Under the pieces are notes generated by a model. It was not told the origin of the DNA and made no database searches. It worked only from the letters and a program-made list of their open reading frames with translations. Shown here piece after piece: positions 54,484 to 63,803 of a stretch of 64,000 nucleotides of DNA; positions within the stretch are counted from its first letter, which is position 1, and every line of letters begins with the position of its first letter. The DNA lies in the IMG/VR virus record IMGVR_UViG_3300033069_002007, positions 1 through 64,000 of that record, one strand, 5' to 3'. The DNA comes from a virus (lineage: Duplodnaviria > Caudoviricetes). A program made the position numbers and the translations under genes.

Positions 54484-55941
54484 ATGGCCCAAACTTCTAC
54501 GATCGACGATATTGACTCTAAACCTGAAATAGATTTCTTAGAAGAAATTAGTAACTTAATTTTTACCGCTAAATATGCTAGATGGAACGAAAAGAAAAAA
54601 AGACGAGAGACTTTAAATGAAGCAGTAGATAGAGTCTGTAAGATGCACCTTGAAAAATATTCATTCCTACCTGAGGAAGACAAAGAGAGGATTAGATGGG
54701 CATTTGAAATGGTAAAGAAGAAACGAGTAGTTCCTTCAATGCGATCTATGCAATTTGGTGGTAAAGCAGTGTTCGCTCACAATGCTAGAATGTATAATTG
54801 TGGAGTAAGACACATTGATTCACTTCGAGCATTTGCTGAAGTATTTTATTGTCTACTATGTGGAACCGGAATGACTTTAGGTCTATCTGAAAAAGTTATT
54901 TCTTTACTTCCTAACTTAGTAAATAAAAAAGATAAAACTGGTTCTGTTGTAGCTTACGTTATTGAAGACACTATTGAAGGTTGGGCGGATGCAGTAGAAG
55001 CTCTCCTAATGTGTTACCATAAAAATACACCATTCACTGGTAGAAAGATAGTATTTGATTATTCCAAAATAAGAACTAAAGGAACACCTTTAAAAACTGG
55101 TGGTGGTAAAGCCCCTGGTCACGAAGGTCTAAAACAAACTCTTGAAAAGATTAAACAACTTCTCGATTATGCGATTGAAGAATTACATCTACAACGTCTT
55201 CGTAGTATTGATATCTACGATATTCTTATGCATTGCGCTGACGCTGTGCTTAGCGGGGGTATTCGTCGGGCTGCAACTGCTGTTATATTCGATCCTACAG
55301 ATGATCTAATGATGAACTCAAAAGTTAATTTTTCAATATCTTCCTACAAAAGATTTGAACAATTACCTTCTGGATTCTGGGAAGGAACAGTAGTAGTTAA
55401 TAAGAAAAAATATGAAGTCGTTATTTCTGACTGGGAATTTGAAAACGACGTAAAAGGAAAATCTGAAATTAGTTGGAGACATATTGAACCACAGAGAGCT
55501 AGATCAAACAACTCAGTTTTATTACTTAGAAGGGAGACAAATATTGATCAGTTAAAATATATAATCAGTAAGACGAGACAATGGGGAGAACCAGGATTTG
55601 TTTTTGCTGATCACCCTTTAACTCTTTTTAATCCTTGTATTACTGAAGACACTATACTAGAAACAGATAAAGGTAAATTGTCAGTTAAAGAAGTTATGAC
55701 TAAGTTGAATAACAATGAACTAGTCTTAGTTAAGTCATTTAATCATTCCAATTCTAAATTAGAATTTCAGCAAATATTACATGGAGAGCTAACTAACTCA
55801 GATGCTGAAATATACGAAATTGAATTAGATAATGGGGAGAAAAAGAAATTTTCAAAAGGTCATAAAATATTTACTCAAAATAGAGGTTATGTTGAAATTG
55901 AAAAGTTAACTACAGAAGATGAGGTTATATTATCATGTTAA
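54484..55941 (+). CDS. nrdJ: class II (B12) ribonucleotide reductase, N-terminal fragment fused to split-intein N half
   Basis: PSMRSMQFGG, YNCG, VLSGGIRR, RSNNS, GEPG, LFNP followed by intein C1. Confidence 0.93.
   Translation: MAQTSTIDDIDSKPEIDFLEEISNLIFTAKYARWNEKKKRRETLNEAVDRVCKMHLEKYSFLPEEDKERIRWAFEMVKKKRVVPSMRSMQFGGKAVFAHNARMYNCGVRHIDSLRAFAEVFYCLLCGTGMTLGLSEKVISLLPNLVNKKDKTGSVVAYVIEDTIEGWADAVEALLMCYHKNTPFTGRKIVFDYSKIRTKGTPLKTGGGKAPGHEGLKQTLEKIKQLLDYAIEELHLQRLRSIDIYDILMHCADAVLSGGIRRAATAVIFDPTDDLMMNSKVNFSISSYKRFEQLPSGFWEGTVVVNKKKYEVVISDWEFENDVKGKSEISWRHIEPQRARSNNSVLLLRRETNIDQLKYIISKTRQWGEPGFVFADHPLTLFNPCITEDTILETDKGKLSVKEVMTKLNNNELVLVKSFNHSNSKLEFQQILHGELTNSDAEIYEIELDNGEKKKFSKGHKIFTQNRGYVEIEKLTTEDEVILSC
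55636..55938 (+). mobile_element. split intein N-fragment (101 aa)
   Basis: CITEDTILETDKG block A; FSKGHKIFT block B; ends at a stop codon. Confidence 0.9.
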
Positions 55942-56612
55942 TCTATTGTGTAAACAATAATATAACCGGTCAAAATTATATAGGTCAAACTACTAAAACT
56001 TTAACTGAACGATTTGAGGAACATTGTTTAAATGGTTTTAAGTTATATAAGTCTATATTACAATATGGACGGGATAATTTTTCAATATTTCAGATTGATT
56101 CAGCTTCATCTAAACAAGAGTTAAATATTAAAGAAAAATACTGGATTAAAAAGTATGAATCTACTGATGACACTATGGGTTTAAATATTCAAAAAGGTTC
56201 ATCTAGACTTTATTCTACTCACTCAGATAAAGTTAAACAAACGATAAAAGAGAAAACTAAACAAGGTATGTTTAACCTCTCTGACGAACGAAAAGAAACT
56301 AGAAAAAATAAATCAAGACAAACACAAATAGATAATAATATCTATGTTAAACAAGCTGAAGTCAGAAAGGTTAAGTATCTAAACTCTGGTAATCCTAGAG
56401 CTACTCAATTATTAATAGTTGACAAAGATGGGGTAGAGTTGGAACGGTTTGAAACAATTAAAAGTTTTATTGAGAAGTATCACTTGAATATGTCGGTTGT
56501 GATTAGTAAAATCAAAACAGGAACTAGTATCAGTAAAGGTCAATTAAAAGGTTTATTTTTAAAGACTTTGAAACCTTTAAGAACTATGAACCGTAAAACT
56601 AAAGGAGTTTAA
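55935..56612 (+). CDS. free-standing GIY-YIG homing endonuclease between the nrdJ halves
   Basis: LIYCV...NYIGQT...RFEEH...KEKYWI...GLN. Confidence 0.88.
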   Translation: MLIYCVNNNITGQNYIGQTTKTLTERFEEHCLNGFKLYKSILQYGRDNFSIFQIDSASSKQELNIKEKYWIKKYESTDDTMGLNIQKGSSRLYSTHSDKVKQTIKEKTKQGMFNLSDERKETRKNKSRQTQIDNNIYVKQAEVRKVKYLNSGNPRATQLLIVDKDGVELERFETIKSFIEKYHLNMSVVISKIKTGTSISKGQLKGLFLKTLKPLRTMNRKTKGV

Positions 56613-56613
56613 T

Positions 56614-56829
56614 ATGGAAATAAAAAAAGTAGTATTAGCAAATGACTTAGATGGTAACGTTTTAGTTAAAAAAATTATTAATTCTGAAGTTGAGGGATAT
56701 GAAGCAGTTAACCAAACTTATAAGACTGTTAAAGTTAAGTCAGTTACGAAAATAAAAAATGAAGCGGTATACGATATTGCAGTAAATAATAATCAAAATT
56801 TCTTTGCTGATGATTTGTTAGTTCATAAT
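56614..56829 (+). mobile_element. split intein C-fragment (72 aa)
   Basis: block F VYDIAV, block G LVHN/C. Confidence 0.9.
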
Positions 56830-57834
56830 TGTTTCGAGATTGGATTCATACCAGTAACTAAAGATGGTAGATTTGGAGTTCAGTTCTGTAACCTTTCTGA
56901 AGAAAATGGAGCAAAGATTACTTCATTACTTGAATGGGAAGAGTCAACTGAAGCAGCGACTATTATTGGAACCCTTCAAGCAGGATATACTGAATTTCCT
57001 TACTTGAACAAAGCTTCACAAGAATTAACTGAAGAGGAAGCACTTCTTGGTGTCTCTGTAACTGGTTGGTTTGATAATCCTGAAGTTTTATTTGACGCTA
57101 AGAATGAATTCTTTATGGCTAAGTTGTCAACAAAGATTAACAAAGAATGGGCTGCTAAAATTAATATTAACACTGCTGCTAGAATAACATGCACTAAACC
57201 TAGTGGAACAGCTAGTATCTTTCTTGGTTCATCTTCCGGTATTCATCCTCATCATGATCACAGATATTTCCGTAGAGTTCAAATGAATAAGTTAGATAAT
57301 ATTCATCAATACTTTAAAATGTTTAACCCTCATGCTGTAGAAGAATCTGTTTGGTCAGCAACTAAAACAGATGATGTTATTACTTTCCCTCTAACTGTTC
57401 CCAAAACAGCTAAGGTTAAAAATGACATCACTGCTATTCAACACCTTAATCTAATCAGACAAGTTCAAGAGAATTGGGTAACACCTGGAACAACAGAAAA
57501 TAATAAAAAACCAGTTTCTCATAATGTGAGTTGTACCGTTGAAGTAGATGAAGGAGAATGGGATGATGTAATTGATTACTTATTTTTAAATAAGAACTCA
57601 TTTGCAGCAGTAGCTCTACTTGGTAAAACAGGAGATAAGGATTATCCTCAACCTCCTTTGAGTCGAGTCTATCCTGAATTAGAAGAAGCTTGGTTAAATC
57701 TAAAATCTAATTGGTCTAAAATGGATTACACCAAATTTGAAGAAACAGAAGATATGACATCACTTATTGAGAACCTAGCTTGTGCTGGTGGAGCTTGTGA
57801 TGTAACAAATTTACCAGTAGATAAAAAGGAATAA
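56614..57834 (+). CDS. nrdJ: split-intein C half fused to class II RNR C-terminal fragment
   Basis: VYDIAV...FFADDLLVHN then CFEIG, QFCNLSE, TCTKPSGT, HNVSCT, C-terminal LACAGGAC. Confidence 0.93.
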   Translation: MEIKKVVLANDLDGNVLVKKIINSEVEGYEAVNQTYKTVKVKSVTKIKNEAVYDIAVNNNQNFFADDLLVHNCFEIGFIPVTKDGRFGVQFCNLSEENGAKITSLLEWEESTEAATIIGTLQAGYTEFPYLNKASQELTEEEALLGVSVTGWFDNPEVLFDAKNEFFMAKLSTKINKEWAAKININTAARITCTKPSGTASIFLGSSSGIHPHHDHRYFRRVQMNKLDNIHQYFKMFNPHAVEESVWSATKTDDVITFPLTVPKTAKVKNDITAIQHLNLIRQVQENWVTPGTTENNKKPVSHNVSCTVEVDEGEWDDVIDYLFLNKNSFAAVALLGKTGDKDYPQPPLSRVYPELEEAWLNLKSNWSKMDYTKFEETEDMTSLIENLACAGGACDVTNLPVDKKE

Positions 57835-57851
57835 TTTTTAAGGAAAATTAT

Positions 57852-58139
57852 ATGGAAGAAAAAATAATACAGGATTTTAGTTGGGCACTTAAATGTCTCA
57901 AAAGAGGTGAAAAACTTCAGAGACAAGGTTGGAACGGTAAAGGATTATGGATTGTATTACAAGAAGGTTATCCTGATGGTGTTGCAGCAAATAAAAATTC
58001 ACAAAAAGCATATGGAGTTCCAGAAGGAACTATAATTAAAGTAAGACCATATTTAGTTATACGTTCTATTGATGGATCATTTGTTCCTTGGCTCCCTTCT
58101 CAAACAGATATCTTAGCAGAAGATTGGGAGACAGTATAA
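57852..58139 (+). CDS. DUF2829 / Thoeris anti-defence 2 (Tad2)-like protein
   Basis: FSWAL..LKRG....RQGWNGKG...VPWLPSQTDILAEDW. Confidence 0.8.
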   Translation: MEEKIIQDFSWALKCLKRGEKLQRQGWNGKGLWIVLQEGYPDGVAANKNSQKAYGVPEGTIIKVRPYLVIRSIDGSFVPWLPSQTDILAEDWETV

Positions 58140-58627
58140 TGACAGAACAACAAGAATTTGAAAAAAGAATGGCTGAGTATATAGATCGACAAAACAGACC
58201 GACCGTGAAGTTTAAAAAACTTCACGACGATGCTAAAATACCTGAATATCAAACTGAAGGATCAGTAGGTTTTGATTTCTATTGTATAGAAGATTTTGAA
58301 ATTCATCCAACAGAAACTGTGATTATCAGAACAGGATTGAGTTGTGAAATTCCTAAAGGTTATTTTCTAGCTATAGTTCCTAGATCATCAACTGGAGTTA
58401 AAACTCCACTCAGGTTGTCAAACAGTTTAGGAGTAATAGATCAGGACTACCGGGGGGAAATAGGACTAATATTCACTCACTATGGTATTAGTGGACTGAA
58501 AGTTAAAGTGGGTGATAGATTAGCTCAAGGTTTAATTTTACCTGTTAAGCAAGCTAGAATTGAACAGATTGAGGAACTCTCAGTGACAGAAAGAGGTGAA
58601 GGTGGATTCGGGAGTACTGGGAAATGA
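58139..58627 (+). CDS. dut: trimeric dUTPase
   Basis: GSVGFD, PRSS, GVIDQDYRGEI, RLAQ, RGEGGFGSTG; start MTEQQ at 58139. Confidence 0.95.
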   Translation: MTEQQEFEKRMAEYIDRQNRPTVKFKKLHDDAKIPEYQTEGSVGFDFYCIEDFEIHPTETVIIRTGLSCEIPKGYFLAIVPRSSTGVKTPLRLSNSLGVIDQDYRGEIGLIFTHYGISGLKVKVGDRLAQGLILPVKQARIEQIEELSVTERGEGGFGSTGK

Positions 58628-59097
58628 TTGAAATCCAAGCTCCTAACGAATTACCTTTATCCACCAATTTATATAAAGTTTTTCTAGCTGGTTCCATTGA
58701 AATGGGAGCAGCAGAAAAGTGGCAAAGTAAGTGTGTAGATGAACTTAGAGAATACACTGGTTTTATTTTCAACCCTAGACGTGACGACTGGGATTCTTCT
58801 TGGAAACAAACTATTGACGATCCTAAATTTAATGAACAAGTAACTTGGGAATTAAATGCTTTAGATTTAGCTGACAATATAATTTTATACTTTGATCCAA
58901 ATACTAAATCTCCTATTTCACTTCTAGAATTAGGACTTCATGCTAGTTCAGATAAATTAATAGTTTGTTGTCCTGAAGGATTTTGGAGGAAAGGTAATGT
59001 TGATATTGTTTGTAAAAGATATAATATTCCTTGTTTTGATAGTTTAGATCAAAGTTTAGATTATTTAAAATATCAGTTAAGCGGAGAATTATTCTAA
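58624..59097 (+). CDS. nucleoside 2-deoxyribosyltransferase-like protein
   Basis: VFLAGSI...WQ...NPRR...QVTWEL...SPISLLELG. Confidence 0.85.
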   Translation: MIEIQAPNELPLSTNLYKVFLAGSIEMGAAEKWQSKCVDELREYTGFIFNPRRDDWDSSWKQTIDDPKFNEQVTWELNALDLADNIILYFDPNTKSPISLLELGLHASSDKLIVCCPEGFWRKGNVDIVCKRYNIPCFDSLDQSLDYLKYQLSGELF

Positions 59098-59292
59098 ATG
59101 GACGAGTTAAAAAATGATATGGATAATTGTCATTCTTGGGTTCTACCTAAAGGAACAGTTATTCAATATTACGGAATACCTTATTACTTAGCTGAAGATA
59201 CTGAAGTTCTTGGTAACACTGATCCAACTAAAGTTGTATTTGTACCTCCTAGTGATGACGATATTCGGAAATTTTTTGATGATGTCGACTGA
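59098..59292 (+). CDS. hypothetical protein
   Basis: coupled ORF. Confidence 0.45.
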   Translation: MDELKNDMDNCHSWVLPKGTVIQYYGIPYYLAEDTEVLGNTDPTKVVFVPPSDDDIRKFFDDVD

Positions 59293-59785
59293 TACCAGTA
59301 AGATAACAACTAAAGATATAGAAGGTAGATTGTTTGAATTTGCACTTCGGGATCTCAAACAAAATCTAGCAGTTCTTAGATGCACTGCTATGGGTCCCGA
59401 AGCCGATCTTCTAACTCTCAGTTCGACAGCCTATTTAACAGAATATGAAATTAAAACATCATATTCTGATTTCCGAGCTGACTTTAAAAAGAGTAAGTGG
59501 TTGACATATTTGGATGAAAAATTACAAGTTAAAAAGACTTATCATGGTAATCCACATATGCCAAACTACTTCTATTATTGTTACCCTAAAGGATTGATTA
59601 AATTAGATGAAATTCCTAACTATGCAGGAGCAATTGAAGTATCTAAAACCAAATATGGTTTCCGATTTGATATTTTAAAACGTGCTCCTAGATTATCTAA
59701 AGTAAAATGCAACCCTAAACTTATGCGAACGATGATACGGTCACTTAGTTTTAAAACTATGAATTTGCTAAGAAAGGAATCATGA
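59279..59785 (+). CDS. MmcB-like PD-(D/E)XK nuclease
   Basis: EADLL...EYEIKTSYSDFRADFKK...PNYFYY. Confidence 0.65.
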   Translation: MMSTDTSKITTKDIEGRLFEFALRDLKQNLAVLRCTAMGPEADLLTLSSTAYLTEYEIKTSYSDFRADFKKSKWLTYLDEKLQVKKTYHGNPHMPNYFYYCYPKGLIKLDEIPNYAGAIEVSKTKYGFRFDILKRAPRLSKVKCNPKLMRTMIRSLSFKTMNLLRKES

Positions 59786-59807
59786 TTTTTTATTTATTAT
59801 TCAATGA

Positions 59808-61688
59808 ATGAAAATTCCTAAAATAGATGACTGTATAATATCTCCAAAAAGTAAATTAGGATATGTTTATGACGTAGAGACTTATCCTAACTTTTTTTGT
59901 GTATCTTTTTATAACGGTCGTGATCATATTCAATTTGAAATCAGTAGTAGAAAAAATGAATTACCAGAAATTCTAGAATTTATTAAAAACAAAGTTCTAA
60001 TCGGTTACAACAATTCTAAGTTTGACGATTTAATTATAAACTACCTATTACAGGAAGAAGTTTATCTGAAAAGATTTAAAGGTGAGGAAATAGCTAAAGG
60101 TTTATTTTCTATCGCAGGTATGGTAATTAATTATTACCAGTCAGGATCTAAAGATGAAACTATCAAGAAGTTAAAATATTTAGATAAACCATATACCTCA
60201 CTTGATTTGATGAAAATAGGAAATATTCAGAAGGGTTTAAAATTAGTAGGAGTATCCCTCAAGTGGTATAATATTCAAGACCTTCCTTTTAAATGGGATA
60301 TTCCTTTAGAGACAGAAGAGCAAATGGATTTCGTAATGTCATACAATAGAAATGATACTGAAATGACTTTACTTCTAACTCATAAATTAGAAAAAGAAAT
60401 TGAGTTGAGAGTTAACTTATCCAAGCTATATGCTGTGGATGTTATTTCAGAATCAGATTCAGGTATCGGTAACATTCTCTTCGAGAAGATGTATAAAGAG
60501 AAAGCAGTTCAGAAAAACTTCTCTGACCTAAGAACTCATAGATCAGTTGTTCATTTAAGCGATTGTATATTTGATGACATCAAATTTGAAACCAGACAGC
60601 TTACTAAAGTCTTAAATGATTTAAAAGCAATCAGTATTCCTAAAGGAGAAAAAGGTTTTAAAATTAGCGTTCCAGCTATTGAGTTTAATAATGCTCGATA
60701 TCAATTAGGAGTAGGTGGTATTCATAGTGAAGATGAGGCAGGTATATTTGAATCAACTGACGACTTATTCATTATTGACTCAGATGTTACGTCATACTAT
60801 CCTTCGATGATCATAAATAAAAAAGTAAAACCTGCACATCTAGAAGATTGTTTTGTTCAAGTTATGTATGATATTACTCAAGAAAGAGTTGCTGGTAAGA
60901 AAGCAGGGGATACAGTTAAAGCTGATGGATTAAAAATCGTTATCAATTCAGCTTTTGGTAAATTAGGATTTGAAGGATCATATTTGTATGATGAGCAGGC
61001 CTTATTAACAGTAACTCTAAATGGTCAACTCTATTTACTTATGCTTATAGAAATGTTAACCGGTAAGAATTTTCAAGTCATATCAGCTAATACTGATGGT
61101 ATCATAACTTTGGTTCCAAAGGATCGTAAAGAGGAATATGATTCTATTTGTACTGACTGGCAGAATAAAACTAAACTTAATTTAGAGTATACTTTTTATC
61201 GAAAGTATGTCAGAAAAGATGTTAATAACTATATCGCAAAAACTATAAATGATAAGATTAAATCCAAAGGTTGTTTCCTACAAGACATAGATATTAAAAA
61301 AGGTTTTGATGCTCCTGTTGTAAACTTCGTATTGAAAAAATATTACATGGATGGGTTACCTCTGGAAAAATCATTGATGGAACATAAAGATATTTATGAT
61401 TTCTGTATTGCTCAAAAGATGGGTGGTCAGTTTGAAGCTGAATATGGTGGTCAGTCGGTTCAAAAAAGTGTTAGATTTTATGTCTGTAAATCAGGTAAGA
61501 AATTACTTAAGTGGAAAACAAATGAAGATGGTAGTAAGAGTTCTACTGACTTATGTGTAGGTAAATCAGTTCAACTATTCAATCAATTTGAACAAAGAGA
61601 CGATTATAATATAGATTATGATTATTATCTCAGAGAGTTAAGAAAGATAACAGGAGAACTTAATAAAGCAGAGGAAACATTATGGTAG
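59808..61688 (+). CDS. family B DNA polymerase
   Basis: Exo YDVET, GYNNSKFD, YNRND; Pol DVTSYYP, KIVINSAFGK, NTDGI. Confidence 0.92.
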   Translation: MKIPKIDDCIISPKSKLGYVYDVETYPNFFCVSFYNGRDHIQFEISSRKNELPEILEFIKNKVLIGYNNSKFDDLIINYLLQEEVYLKRFKGEEIAKGLFSIAGMVINYYQSGSKDETIKKLKYLDKPYTSLDLMKIGNIQKGLKLVGVSLKWYNIQDLPFKWDIPLETEEQMDFVMSYNRNDTEMTLLLTHKLEKEIELRVNLSKLYAVDVISESDSGIGNILFEKMYKEKAVQKNFSDLRTHRSVVHLSDCIFDDIKFETRQLTKVLNDLKAISIPKGEKGFKISVPAIEFNNARYQLGVGGIHSEDEAGIFESTDDLFIIDSDVTSYYPSMIINKKVKPAHLEDCFVQVMYDITQERVAGKKAGDTVKADGLKIVINSAFGKLGFEGSYLYDEQALLTVTLNGQLYLLMLIEMLTGKNFQVISANTDGIITLVPKDRKEEYDSICTDWQNKTKLNLEYTFYRKYVRKDVNNYIAKTINDKIKSKGCFLQDIDIKKGFDAPVVNFVLKKYYMDGLPLEKSLMEHKDIYDFCIAQKMGGQFEAEYGGQSVQKSVRFYVCKSGKKLLKWKTNEDGSKSSTDLCVGKSVQLFNQFEQRDDYNIDYDYYLRELRKITGELNKAEETLW

Positions 61689-61954
61689 AAGATACTAAGA
61701 AAAAACAAAAAGCTAGAATTTATATAGCTAAACGTCGATTAGAAGATCCTATTCAAAATAGTTTATACTCAGTTAATTCCCAGAGACGAGTTAAAGGTAA
61801 GAAACCAATCACTCGTTCTCAATTACAAGAGTATTTAAACTTTTGCTTTAAAGCTAAGTTGTTTAAAGATTTTAAAAATAGACGAAGTAATAATGGAAAG
61901 TTTTCAATCGATACTTTTCTACTCTTGAAAAAACAAAACTTACTAGTATTATAA
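61682..61954 (+). CDS. hypothetical basic protein
   Basis: coupled ORF. Confidence 0.5.
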   Translation: MVEDTKKKQKARIYIAKRRLEDPIQNSLYSVNSQRRVKGKKPITRSQLQEYLNFCFKAKLFKDFKNRRSNNGKFSIDTFLLLKKQNLLVL

Positions 61955-61980
61955 TAAAAGTCAGGTAATATACTAATCTT

Positions 61981-63765
61981 ATGAAACTAGTGTTTTACCT
62001 GGAAGAATATTCAAGAAGTTACTCATTACGAGTAGATAGATTTTTAGACGCTGAAGATTTTAAACTAATCAACGACGATCTTAAGTCCATATATATATTT
62101 TATGACAAAGAGTTGAAAGGTTGGAAGATACCTAAAAAGAATGCTCTTGAGTCTGTATTATTTATAACTAGAAAATTTGGTTGGGATGTTGATCTTGGAT
62201 CAATAGTGGTTCAAGAACCAACTATTGAACTTGAAACTAAATTTTTAAGACGAGGTAAATCACCAGTATTTGAACCTGATGTCCTAAGAGTAAATCTATT
62301 TAAGTATCAATTAGAGGATGTAAATTGGGGGCTTCAAAGAAATAGATTTTTTATAGCCTCTGATCCTGGGGTTGGTAAAACAATAGAGTCTATAGCTATA
62401 TTCTCTCAATTAGCTAAACAAAACTTAATTGATTCGTTATTTATTTTAGTAAAAAATAATCTTCCTTTTCACTGGGAAAGGGAGATAGTAGAGTATTCAA
62501 ATGTTTTTAGTGAGGAAGATATTTGCATATTAACGAATAAAAACAAAAAATATTTCTTTGAAGAAAAAAGACCGAGAATAGTTATTTGTCCCAATCACCT
62601 ATTGACTGATGTACTTGATAGTTACTCTAATTTTAATTTGAAAAAATTATGGAAAAAAGAAAGTATAGGACTTATAGTAGATGAAAGTCATGAGTTTAAA
62701 AATCCTAAAGCTCAAAGAACGAAAGCTCTTTTTAAAATAATCGATTCATTTAGTTATAGAGGTCTCTTAACTGCTACTCCTGCAATTAATGGTTTTGAAG
62801 ATTGGTATCACCAAATGAAACTATTAGACAATGGTAGTATTTCTTATTCGGAAAAACTATTTAAACTAGATATTGCAAAGAAAATAGGAACTAAATATGA
62901 CCAGTGGGGTATAAGAGAATATAATACTGATAGAGTTGAATTTTATCTAAATTCTTTTAAACCTTGGGTTGTCAAAAGACTGAAAGTTGATCTTCCAGAA
63001 ATGAAAACTAAACAATTTGTAAAACCTGTTTGGTTGGAGATGAGTCAAAAACATATTAATTTATACAACATGATTAAAAAGTTGTATCTAGAAAAGTATA
63101 AGGAAGTTGATGGAAAACAAACTCTCCATGAAATAGAAAACAAATACCCTTATTTAATTATGTGCTTAGAGAATCCTCTAATGTTATTAGATAAAATTTT
63201 AGACGATGATAAAGCATTGTTTAAACCAGTAGAAACTGCACTGAAGAATTGGAAACTAGATGATCACAATAAAGTAAGTTATCTAGATGAGTTTTTACTT
63301 GAGAAAGTAAAACATCAAAAGGAAAAGGTTATAGTTTTTGATAACCATCCTAAAACTTTAGACTTACTACATGCTAGATATCCTGAATATCGTCCTTCCC
63401 TTATACATGGTGCAGTAAAACTCTCTCAACTAGAGAGACAAAAAATAGTAGATCGATTCAATGATAAGTATGATGAAACTAAAGTTATATTTTTAAATCC
63501 TCAAACCGGTGGAACAGGTATAAATTTAAATAAAGCATGTAAGTATACCGTATTTTATTCTACTCCAAATGATGGTACCCTCTACCGGCAAGCGTTAGAT
63601 AGAACTCATAGGATATCATCTATTTGGGATTCTTTTGTTTACATTTTGACTTTTGGTAAAACATTAGATGAAAAAATAATGAAAAGAAATCTAGCTAAAG
63701 CTGACCTAAATGATTTTAGTTTTAAAAATGATATTAACAAAGAATACCTTTTGAGTCAAATATAA
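61981..63765 (+). CDS. SNF2-family helicase/ATPase
   Basis: PGVGKT, VDESH, LTATP, GGTGINL, QALDRTHRI. Confidence 0.9.
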   Translation: MKLVFYLEEYSRSYSLRVDRFLDAEDFKLINDDLKSIYIFYDKELKGWKIPKKNALESVLFITRKFGWDVDLGSIVVQEPTIELETKFLRRGKSPVFEPDVLRVNLFKYQLEDVNWGLQRNRFFIASDPGVGKTIESIAIFSQLAKQNLIDSLFILVKNNLPFHWEREIVEYSNVFSEEDICILTNKNKKYFFEEKRPRIVICPNHLLTDVLDSYSNFNLKKLWKKESIGLIVDESHEFKNPKAQRTKALFKIIDSFSYRGLLTATPAINGFEDWYHQMKLLDNGSISYSEKLFKLDIAKKIGTKYDQWGIREYNTDRVEFYLNSFKPWVVKRLKVDLPEMKTKQFVKPVWLEMSQKHINLYNMIKKLYLEKYKEVDGKQTLHEIENKYPYLIMCLENPLMLLDKILDDDKALFKPVETALKNWKLDDHNKVSYLDEFLLEKVKHQKEKVIVFDNHPKTLDLLHARYPEYRPSLIHGAVKLSQLERQKIVDRFNDKYDETKVIFLNPQTGGTGINLNKACKYTVFYSTPNDGTLYRQALDRTHRISSIWDSFVYILTFGKTLDEKIMKRNLAKADLNDFSFKNDINKEYLLSQI

Positions 63766-63774
63766 TACTAATTA
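63766..63774 (+). promoter_or_regulatory. putative late promoter TACTAATTA
   Basis: precedes a YKS-tagged ORF. Confidence 0.55.
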
Positions 63775-63803
63775 TAAAAGATTACCGATAAGGTCACCAA
63801 ATT

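Larger units (their letters stand above)
2365..59800. repeat. dispersed TATTTATTAT motif just upstream of genes (putative extended -10 promoter)
   Basis: gene-oriented copies at 2365, 5379, 6497, 19747, 24027, 26350, 30930, 32362, 36843, 46892, 48487, 50728, 52515, 52643 (minus) and 53006, 59791 (plus). Confidence 0.6.

Noticed and set aside
56037-56063. LYKSIL in the GIY-YIG protein resembling the YKS tag
   Set aside because: Lacks the aromatic residue at position +4 and the following Glu, and lies in a conserved nuclease helix; likely coincidental.
55939-56613. Group I intron interrupting the nrdJ intein
   Set aside because: The insert is filled entirely by the GIY-YIG ORF with overlapping or 1-nt junctions; there is no room for a ribozyme core, and the C-gene has its own ATG.
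1476-59385. Many antisense or overlapping ORFs in the track (for example 1476+, 2826+, 3288+, 8641+, 11533+, 22266+, 25954-, 36089+, 49290-, 50659+, 58554-)
   Set aside because: They shadow well-supported genes on the opposite strand or in another frame, lack an SD and have no recognisable motifs.
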